Positions 17,234 through 23,848 of a DNA stretch of 23,848 nucleotides are shown one piece after another. Made by a program: the position numbers and the translations under genes. The notes beneath the pieces were generated by a model, which saw only the letters and a program-made list of their open reading frames with translations, did not search any database and had not been told where the DNA came from. Positions within the stretch are counted from its first letter, which is position 1. The number at the start of each line of letters is the position of its first letter. Source of the DNA: Kofleriaceae bacterium (GTDB lineage Bacteria > Myxococcota_A > Polyangia > Haliangiales > Haliangiaceae); assembly GCA_046597055.1 (NCBI GenBank), contig JBKJLC010000215.1:1-23848 (forward strand), written 5' to 3'.

Positions 17234-17336
17234 TGAGCGCGCGCTACGGCCCGGGGTCGCCGCCCCCGCCTCTCGCACCTCAACCCCGCGAAACCACGCA
17301 GGCCAAACCGGAACCATCTTTGCTATCTCCTCGGGC

Positions 17337-18197
17337 ATGGCTCTCTCGATTCCCGATGCGAGTGGTGTGCTCATCAAACCTGCGCGTCCCGGCGCGTCGC
17401 CCGGCCGGGCCGCGGCGCGCGGCGAGACCAGCGGCAAGAAGATCGCGTTCAGCGTGCTCGGGGCCGCGGCCATCATCGGCGCCGCCGGCGCGGGCGGTCT
17501 TTGGTGGAGCATGCGCGCTGGTGGGGGTGGGCCGCCGGGCGTCGCCGCCGCCGCCGTCCCGTCCCGCGATCCCGACCGCGCCAAGCTCGAGACCGAGCTC
17601 GCCGACGCGCGCGCCGCGCTGGCGACCGAGAAGGCCGCCGCGGACGAGCTGCGCAAGCGCGAGAAGGCCAAGGCGGACGAGGCGACCGCGCTCCAGGAGA
17701 AGCTCGCGCTGGTCGTGAAGGGCACCGGCGAGGTGACCCAGAACGGCAACGAGATCCACCTGCAGCTGGTCGACAAGGTCCTGTTCCGGGTCGGCGAGGC
17801 CGAGCTCACCGCGACCGGCGCGGCGGTCCTCGCCAAGGTCGGCATCGCGCTGAACGACATCCCCGACAAGCAGATCTGGGTGCAGGGCCACACCGACGAC
17901 ACCCCGATCCGCGCCCCGCGCCCCGCGCCGGCCACCAAGGCGACCAAGGCTGCGAAGGCGACCAAGGGCGCCAAGCCACCGGTCGTCGAGGACGCGCCGC
18001 GGTTCCCGTCGAACTGGGAGCTGTCGTCGGCGCGCGCGTTGACGGTGGTCCACTACCTTCAGGACCAGAGCAAGGTCGATCCGCACCGGCTGGCTGCGGT
18101 CGCGTTCAGCGAGTACCGCCCGGCGTCGCGCGCCAAGGCGAAGAACCGGCGCATCGAGATCGTCCTCTACCCGAAGCACCAGCTCGCCAAGGACTGA
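17337..18197 (+). CDS. OmpA/MotB-like peptidoglycan-binding membrane protein
   Basis: One TM helix, a coiled coil, then LFRVGEAEL, VQGHTD, NWELSSARA and NRRIEI. Confidence 0.9.
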   Translation: MALSIPDASGVLIKPARPGASPGRAAARGETSGKKIAFSVLGAAAIIGAAGAGGLWWSMRAGGGGPPGVAAAAVPSRDPDRAKLETELADARAALATEKAAADELRKREKAKADEATALQEKLALVVKGTGEVTQNGNEIHLQLVDKVLFRVGEAELTATGAAVLAKVGIALNDIPDKQIWVQGHTDDTPIRAPRPAPATKATKAAKATKGAKPPVVEDAPRFPSNWELSSARALTVVHYLQDQSKVDPHRLAAVAFSEYRPASRAKAKNRRIEIVLYPKHQLAKD

Positions 18198-18218
18198 CCC
18201 GCTCGCGCTGCGCTCAGC

Positions 18219-19082
18219 TCAGGCCGGCAGCAGCGGCCGGAGCGCGTCCTCGAGCGCGAGCGCGCCGCGGATCGGGCGCGCGGCCCCGCCTTCCCACCGG
18301 ACGGTGCCAGCGATCACGCCTGCGTACATCTCGCGGTACAGCTCGGCGAAGGCGGCCGAGAGGCCGAAGCCGGTGAAGGTCGACACCACCGCGTCGAGCG
18401 GCGCGTCGTGGGCGGCGACCGGCCGACCGGTCAGCTGCGCCAGCGCCGCGGCCACGTCGCGCGGGCTGTAGTCGCGGGCGCCGGCGAGCTCGATCACGGT
18501 GCGGCCGCGGCCGCCCTCGATGAGCGCGGCGGCGGCGGTGCGGCCGATGTCGCGGGTCGCGACCATCGGGATCACCTGCGCCTGCGGGATGAACGTCGGG
18601 AGGATGCCCTGGCCCAGCGCCCCGAACCCGCCCGCCCAGTTCTCGAGGAAGTAGGCGGCGCGGATCGCCGTGAGCGGCGCGCCGGTCGCGGTCAGCGCAA
18701 CCTCGGCATCGTACGCCGACCGGATCGGGCCGGTGCCGGCCGGCAGGTGGGCGCCGATCGACGACAGCAGCACGACGTGCGGCTTGCCGGCCGCGGTCAC
18801 CGCGGCGGCGAGCGCAGCGATCAGCCCGCGGTTCTCCTCGAGCGGCGCGGTCGAGGCCGGGCGCGGCGGCACCAGCAGGTACACGCCGGTGACGCCGGTC
18901 AGCGCCCGGGTGAGCGCGGCCGCGTCGTCGAGCGAGGCGACCGCGACCTCGGCGCCACGGGCCTGCCACGGCGCGCCCTTGGCGGCGTCGCGGACGATGA
19001 CGCGGACCGGCTTGCCGGCGGCGAGCAGGGTGTCGGCGACGACGGTACCAGTGTGACCCGAGACTCCAGCGATGGCGTACAT
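18219..19082 (-). CDS. NmrA-like NAD(P)H-binding atypical SDR
   Basis: AIAGVSGHTG, VVLLSSIGA, YFLENW and MVATRDIG. SD GAGGAG. Confidence 0.92.
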   Translation of the reverse strand: MYAIAGVSGHTGTVVADTLLAAGKPVRVIVRDAAKGAPWQARGAEVAVASLDDAAALTRALTGVTGVYLLVPPRPASTAPLEENRGLIAALAAAVTAAGKPHVVLLSSIGAHLPAGTGPIRSAYDAEVALTATGAPLTAIRAAYFLENWAGGFGALGQGILPTFIPQAQVIPMVATRDIGRTAAAALIEGGRGRTVIELAGARDYSPRDVAAALAQLTGRPVAAHDAPLDAVVSTFTGFGLSAAFAELYREMYAGVIAGTVRWEGGAARPIRGALALEDALRPLLPA

Positions 19083-19156
19083 GATGAGCTCCTCTGCGTT
19101 TCCGAGATGACGGCGTGGGTGGGTGGGAACCAGGCCATCATGGCGATCGCGACGCC

Positions 19157-19202
19157 ATTCGTACAATCGATGCTATTCATTCGCATCATGCACGAGACGC
19201 AT
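19157..19202 (-). promoter_or_regulatory. Nod-box/MexT-box-like LysR binding site
   Basis: Minus strand ATG-N9-CAT-N7-ATG-N9-GAT-TGTACGAAT has the nod-box spacing (ATC-N9-GAT-N7-ATC-N9-GAT). Confidence 0.65.
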
Positions 19203-20111
19203 GCCCTGGCCGGGGTCGATGTCAACCTGCTGGTCGCGCTCGACGCGCTGCTGACCGAGCGCCACGTCACCCGGGCCGCGCGCCGGCTCGGCCTGACCCA
19301 GCCCGCGGCCAGCCACGCCCTGGCCCGCCTGCGCGCGCTGCTCGACGATCCGCTGCTGGTGCGCGGCGGCGATGGCGGGCTCGCGCCGACCCCGCGCGCC
19401 GAGGCGCTGGCGCCGGTGGTGCACCGGGCGCTCGCCGAGCTGGCCGCCGCGGTGCGCGGCGCCGACGTCTTCGATCCGGCCACCGCCCGCCGCACCTTCC
19501 GGCTCGGCACCGGCGACTACGCGGAGCTGGTCCTGCTGCCCCAGCTGGCCGCGCGCCTGGGACGGATCGCGCCCAGGGTCGATCTGTTCGCGACCAGCCC
19601 GCCCACCGACGCGCCCGCGGCGATGGCGCGCGGCGACCTCGACCTGGTGCTGTCGCCGCCGCAGCCCGACTGGACGACCGGCTGCTACACGCGCCACCTG
19701 TTCGACGACGACTTCACCTGCGTGGTGCGGAAGGGCCACCCGGTCGCGGCCCAGCGGCTGACCGTCGCTCGCTTCTGCGCCCTCGACCACCTGCTGATCG
19801 CGCCGCGCGGGACCTCGGGCGGCTTCGTCGACGACGCGCTCCGCGCGGTCGGTCGCGCCCGCCGGGTCGCCGTGGTGGTGCCGCACTTCCTGGTCGCGCC
19901 GCACGTGGTCGCCGCGACCGATCTGATCCTCACGCTCGCCTCGCGCATGACGGACCGGCTGGCGAGCCCGCTCGGCCTGGTCACCTTGCCGCCGCCGGTC
20001 GAGCTGCCCGGCTTCGCGATGCACCTGGTCTGGCACCAGCGGACCCACCACGACGCTGGCCACCGCTGGTTTCGCGACCAGGTGGCCGCGGTGGCCGCCG
20101 AGCTGGCCTGA
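19188..20111 (+). CDS. LysR-family regulator (NodD/MexT/LeuO-like)
   Basis: DVNLLVALDALLTERHVTRAARRLGLTQPAASHALARLR, FDPATARRTF and WHQRTHHDAGHRWFR. Confidence 0.95.
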   Translation: MHETHALAGVDVNLLVALDALLTERHVTRAARRLGLTQPAASHALARLRALLDDPLLVRGGDGGLAPTPRAEALAPVVHRALAELAAAVRGADVFDPATARRTFRLGTGDYAELVLLPQLAARLGRIAPRVDLFATSPPTDAPAAMARGDLDLVLSPPQPDWTTGCYTRHLFDDDFTCVVRKGHPVAAQRLTVARFCALDHLLIAPRGTSGGFVDDALRAVGRARRVAVVVPHFLVAPHVVAATDLILTLASRMTDRLASPLGLVTLPPPVELPGFAMHLVWHQRTHHDAGHRWFRDQVAAVAAELA

Positions 20112-20249
20112 GGCGAGCGAAGCGAGCCGGCTCTGGCCCGTACCGAGCGGGCGCGGGCTCTGGTCCGCGGCCGATCGATCGAAAGGGAGGGTGGGAAGCG
20201 AATGCTTCACACCCTCTGAGCCGCGACGACCGGCGGCGCGGGCCGCCGG
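20112..20249. repeat. Structured intergenic element (several hairpins and a short direct repeat) between convergent genes; REP-like element or bidirectional terminator
   Basis: GGC-GA-GC-GAA-GC-GA-GCC (20112-28); GGCTCTGGYCCG twice (20129, 20156); GAGGGTG-G-GAAGC[GAAT]GCTTC-A-CACCCTC (20187-216); CCGGCGGC[GCGG]GCCGCCGG (20230-49). Confidence 0.55.
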
Positions 20250-20250
20250 C

Positions 20251-21201
20251 TCACTCGGCGGCGAGGAACGAGATCAAGCGCCAGCCGGTCCCGCGCAGAC
20301 CGAAGCGCGCGACCCAGGTCCCGGACGGGGCGGTCGCCGGACACGCGACCTCGGCGCCGTCCTTCGCGCAGCCCGCGCCGATCGCCTTCGTCATGTCGGC
20401 GAACACCCCGGGATCGGCCTGCCACATCACCAACGCCGCGTCGGCCCCGGGCGCGGCGCCCAGGCTCCACACCACGTCCGCGGCGACCACCGTGCGCAGG
20501 GCGGCGTAGTCGCGCTGGGTCAGCGCGGCCATCATCGCGGACGCCGCGGTGCGGGCGCCGTCGGGGATGTCGCCGCTCACCTTGATCACGACCTCGTCCT
20601 CGGGCGCGACCTCGACCACCGACACTTCGGCCTTCGACGCGTACTGCTTCAGGCGGCGGTGGATCGCGACCGTGAGCCCGTCGGCCCGGCCGGCCAGCCA
20701 GTGCGGGGCGTTGGCGCCGCGCAGCTCGGTCGGCAGCGCGTTGCCCGGCTCCATCTGGGAGGCGGTGGCCTTGACCCGGACGTGCCAGGGCCGGCCGCCG
20801 GTGACTGCGACGTCGAAGCGGATGAAGTTCATCCGCCGCGCCAGCGACGCACTCGACGTCATGGCCCCGCCCGGCGACGACGCGCCGACGCCGGCCGAGC
20901 GATCGCGGGCCTGGACACTCTTGGGATCGTCGGCGCCCGGATCGGTGTACTTCACCTGGTGCCAGGCCGTCTTCACGACGCCGGCAGCCGGGTCGTCGTC
21001 GAAGTTCGGGTACAGCTCGCGGACCGACTCGACCACCGCGCTGTAGACGATGGCGAAGTCGGTGTCGTAGACCGAGGCGCGGGCCTCGGCGGCTTCCTTC
21101 TTGGACGTACACGCGAGCGCGAGCGCGGCGCAAACCGCGATCGGCCCGACGACGAATGCGCGGCGGCGACCGCGCGAACTGCGGCGGTGTTCGATAATCA
21201 T
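20251..21201 (-). CDS. Hypothetical lipoprotein
   Basis: Basic N-region and lipobox AALALA-C, strong codon bias. Start uncertain (alternative GTG 21222). Confidence 0.8.
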   Translation of the reverse strand: MIIEHRRSSRGRRRAFVVGPIAVCAALALACTSKKEAAEARASVYDTDFAIVYSAVVESVRELYPNFDDDPAAGVVKTAWHQVKYTDPGADDPKSVQARDRSAGVGASSPGGAMTSSASLARRMNFIRFDVAVTGGRPWHVRVKATASQMEPGNALPTELRGANAPHWLAGRADGLTVAIHRRLKQYASKAEVSVVEVAPEDEVVIKVSGDIPDGARTAASAMMAALTQRDYAALRTVVAADVVWSLGAAPGADAALVMWQADPGVFADMTKAIGAGCAKDGAEVACPATAPSGTWVARFGLRGTGWRLISFLAAE

Positions 21202-21213
21202 CCTGGCCTCGCC

Positions 21214-22095
21214 ATGGGTCACTCTCGGAATACCACGTCCTCGCGCGCGCGGCCGGGCGCACCAACGGTCGACCCGATCGCCGCCGGCCTCGCCACCCAC
21301 TGGCCCGCCGCCGTGTGCGAGATCGACCACGCGAACGGCTTCCAGCTGCTGTGCGGCACGATCCTGGCTGCGCAGTCGACCGACAAGATGATCAACACGA
21401 TCACGCCGGCGCTGTTCGCGCGCTACCCGGATGCCCAGGCGCTGGCGCAGGCGGATCCGGCGGCGCTCGAGCCGCTCATCTTCAAGAGCGGGTTCTATCG
21501 CAACAAGGCGAAGAGCTTGATCGGCATGGCCCGCGCGCTGGTCACGCGCCACGACGGCCAGGTGCCCGCCACGATGGCGGCGCTGGTCGAGCTGCCCGGG
21601 GTCGCACGCAAGACCGCGAACGTCATTCTGTGGACGGTGTTCGGGAAGAACGAGGGCGTGGTGGTGGACACCCACGTGACCCGGCTGGCGCAGCGGCTGG
21701 GGCTGTCGAAGCACACCGAGCCGGTCGCGATCGAGCAGGACCTGCAGGCGGTGGTGCCGCGCGAGGAGTGGGGGCGGTTCGCGGACCGGCTGATCTGGCA
21801 CGGGCGGCGGGTGTGCGCTGCGCGGAACCCGGCGTGCGGGGAGTGCTTGCTGGCGCCGATGTGTCCGTCGGCGAACGTGCCCGGGCGGGGAGAGCCGCGG
21901 GACCTGGCGGTGAAGAAGGATCCGGGGAAGCGGGCCGCGGGGGCGAAGGCGGCGCGGGAGAGGGAGAAGGAGAGGGAGAAGGAGAGCGTGAGGGCGAAGG
22001 CGAAGGCGAGCGTGAAGCCAGCGCCGGCGAAGGCGGCGGTGACGCAGAAGGCAAAGGCGTCGGGGAAGGTGGCGACGGGCAAGGCGCGGCGGTGA
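21214..22095 (+). CDS. nth: Endonuclease III with a Lys/Ala-rich C-terminal tail
   Basis: ILAAQSTD, GFYRNKAK, HhH LPGVARKTANV, VDTHV and Fe-S motif C-x6-C-x2-C-x5-C (CAARNPACGECLLAPMC). Confidence 0.95.
   Translation: MGHSRNTTSSRARPGAPTVDPIAAGLATHWPAAVCEIDHANGFQLLCGTILAAQSTDKMINTITPALFARYPDAQALAQADPAALEPLIFKSGFYRNKAKSLIGMARALVTRHDGQVPATMAALVELPGVARKTANVILWTVFGKNEGVVVDTHVTRLAQRLGLSKHTEPVAIEQDLQAVVPREEWGRFADRLIWHGRRVCAARNPACGECLLAPMCPSANVPGRGEPRDLAVKKDPGKRAAGAKAAREREKEREKESVRAKAKASVKPAPAKAAVTQKAKASGKVATGKARR
21956..22016 (+). repeat. Purine-rich low-complexity tract, (AGGGAGAAGGAG)x2 plus GGCGAA repeats, within the nth tail
   Basis: 31 consecutive purines at 21956-21986. Confidence 0.85.
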
Positions 22096-22538
22096 GGCCG
22101 CCCGAGGCGTGGCCGGTGGTGGCGGTGGCGGCGATCGTGTTCGACGACGACGGTCGGGTGCTGGTGGTCGAGCGGGGACGGCCACCGGGTCAGGGCCTGT
22201 GGAGCGTGCCCGGTGGACGCGTCGAGCTCGGCGAGGCGCTGGCCGACGCGGTGGTCCGCGAGGTCCGCGAGGAGACCGGCATCGACATCGAGGTCGGGCC
22301 GCTGGCCGAGGTCGTCGAGCGCGTCAGCCCGACCGAGGCCGGTACGTTCCACTACGTGATCCTCGACTACGTGGCGCGACCGCGCCACGCGGCGGTCCCG
22401 GTCGCCGGCGATGACGTCACCGCGGCCCGCTGGGTCGGGCTCGACGAGCTGGCCGCGCTGCCGGTCACCGAGGGGCTGCGCGAGGTCATCGAGCGTGCGA
22501 GGCCCTTATACGTTGCGAAAGGTCCACGGGCAGGGTAA
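22092..22538 (+). CDS. NUDIX hydrolase (MutT/ADP-ribose pyrophosphatase-like)
   Basis: Nudix box WSVPGGRVELGEALADAVVREVREETGI, plus HYVILDY and AGDD. GTGA overlap with nth. Confidence 0.93.
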   Translation: MRPPEAWPVVAVAAIVFDDDGRVLVVERGRPPGQGLWSVPGGRVELGEALADAVVREVREETGIDIEVGPLAEVVERVSPTEAGTFHYVILDYVARPRHAAVPVAGDDVTAARWVGLDELAALPVTEGLREVIERARPLYVAKGPRAG

Positions 22539-22549
22539 CCGAGGCAGCC

Positions 22550-23848
22550 GTGCCGTTGCCCGTTGTCCAGGACCGCCCCCGCCTGCGCCGGATCGACGTC
22601 GACCCGCGCGCGTGGAACGACTGGCGCTGGCAGCAGCGCAACATGATCACGACCGCCGACGAGCTGGCGGCGCTGGTCACCCTGTCGCCCGACGAGCAGG
22701 ACGGGCTGACCCGGTCGCGCGAGCTGTTCCGGGTCGGGCTCACGCCCTACTACGCCAGCCTGATGGATCCGATCGATCCCAGCTGTCCGATCCGGCTGCA
22801 GGCGATCCCGCGCGCGGCCGAGCTCGACATCCGGCCCGAGGAGCTGCGCGATCCCCTGGGCGAGGACACCCACCGGCCGGCGCCGTGCGTGGTCCACAAG
22901 TATCCCGACCGCGCGCTGTTCCTGGTGATCGACCGGTGCGCGATCTACTGCCGGCACTGCAACCGCCGGCGCCTGGTCGGCGGCGACGATCCGCCCACGG
23001 CTGCCGAGATCGAGCAGGGCCTCGACTACCTGCGACGCACGCGCCGGATCCGCGATGTGCTGATCTCCGGCGGCGATCCGCTGCTGCTGAGCACCCCCAA
23101 GCTCGCCGACCTGGTCGGCAAGCTGCGCGCGATCCCGCACCTCGAGACCATCCGCATCGGCACCCGGGTGCCGGTGGTCAACCCGATGCGGATCGACGAC
23201 GAGCTGTGCGCGGCGCTGCGCCGCCATCACCCGGTGTTCGTGAACACCCACTTCAACCACGCCAAGGAGCTGACGCCGGAGTCGCGCGCGGCGTGCGAGC
23301 GTCTGGTCGACGCCGGCATCCCGGTCGGCAACCAGACCGTGCTGCTGCGCGGGGTGAACTCGTCGGTGAAGAGCCTGCGCGCGCTGTTCCGCGCGCTGCT
23401 GCGCTCGCGGGTCCGGCCCTACTATCTGTTCCAGGGCGACACCGTGGTCGGCACCGACCACCTGCGCACGCCGGTCGATGGCGCGATCGAGCTGTACAGC
23501 CAGCTGCGCGGCTGGATGAACGGCATGGCGGTCCCGCACCTGGTGATCGACGCCCCCGGTGGCGGCGGCAAGCTGCCGATCGGGCCGACCTACCTGGTCG
23601 AGCGCCACCCGGACCGGGTCGTGGTCCGCACCTACCGGGGTGACCTGGTCGAGTATCCCGAGGCGCGCGAGCGCGACTGCACGGTGCCCTACGATCGCGT
23701 CTTCTTCGCCGACGTCCCCGACGACGACGACCGCGAGGGCGCGGCCGAGGCGGCCGACGACCGGGCCGCGACCCCGCCGACCCCGCCGACCCCGCCGACC
23801 CCGCCGACCCCGCCGCCCCCGCCGACCCCGCCGACCCCGCCCACCCCG
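22550..23848 (+). CDS. KamA-family radical SAM/PLP enzyme (lysine 2,3-aminomutase-like), 3'-truncated by the window edge
   Basis: Translated by hand: WNDWRWQ, TPYYASL, DPLGED, HKYPDRAL, CAIYCRHCNRRR, SGGDPL, NTHFNH, GNQTVLLRGVN and VIDAPGGGGK. SD-like GAGG before GTG 22550. Confidence 0.93.
   Translation, partial: MPLPVVQDRPRLRRIDVDPRAWNDWRWQQRNMITTADELAALVTLSPDEQDGLTRSRELFRVGLTPYYASLMDPIDPSCPIRLQAIPRAAELDIRPEELRDPLGEDTHRPAPCVVHKYPDRALFLVIDRCAIYCRHCNRRRLVGGDDPPTAAEIEQGLDYLRRTRRIRDVLISGGDPLLLSTPKLADLVGKLRAIPHLETIRIGTRVPVVNPMRIDDELCAALRRHHPVFVNTHFNHAKELTPESRAACERLVDAGIPVGNQTVLLRGVNSSVKSLRALFRALLRSRVRPYYLFQGDTVVGTDHLRTPVDGAIELYSQLRGWMNGMAVPHLVIDAPGGGGKLPIGPTYLVERHPDRVVVRTYRGDLVEYPEARERDCTVPYDRVFFADVPDDDDREGAAEAADDRAATPPTPPTPPTPPTPPPPPTPPTPPTP
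23771..23848 (+). repeat. In-frame 9-bp tandem repeat (ACCCCGCCG)n, at least 8 copies, encoding (TPP)n
   Basis: Read directly; it continues to the window edge. Confidence 0.95.

Noticed and set aside
17337..18197. Calling this gene flagellar motB
   Set aside because: No conserved TM Asp and no motA or flagellar genes nearby.
20166..20225. Possible hammerhead ribozyme (GAAA followed by a long stem)
   Set aside because: No CUGANGA core (the sequence is CCGATCGA), no proper stem II, and no NUH cleavage geometry.
23771..23848. Tandem repeats (also 9218-9262 and 12631-12660) as a CRISPR array
   Set aside because: Units are 6-9 bp with no spacers, and there are no cas genes.

Overview
A very GC-rich bacterial chromosomal segment. 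Gene content (hybrid His kinase, sigma54 promoters, several lipoproteins, orphan MotB/OmpA-like protein) suggests a myxobacterium; this is inference. It holds about 23 protein-coding genes: a DesT/FabR-regulated desaturase and ferredoxin-reductase pair, an EEP-family lipoprotein operon, a GH13 glycosidase lipoprotein, DJ-1/PfpI, an NTF2-like lipoprotein, a nitronate monooxygenase-family enzyme, a PAS hybrid kinase, a thioesterase, a flavin amine oxidase, an OmpA/MotB-like protein, an NmrA/LysR pair, nth-NUDIX-KamA (KamA runs off the right edge and is missing from the ORF track) and several hypotheticals. I saw no rRNA, tRNA, CRISPR array or transposase. Hidden structure found by reading the DNA: (i) two back-to-back pseudogene relics at 12.76-13.24 kb, an internally deleted four-helix-bundle gene and a frameshifted ThrRS-like anticodon domain; (ii) local zones of strongly G- or C-skewed synonymous codons centred on simple repeats; (iii) recurrent leaderless-type -10 boxes; (iv) two consensus sigma54 promoters with candidate enhancers; (v) tandem DesT operators; (vi) a nod-box-like LysR site; (vii) a structured intergenic element at 20.1-20.25 kb. 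No clearly self-contained novel multi-gene system can be established from sequence alone.
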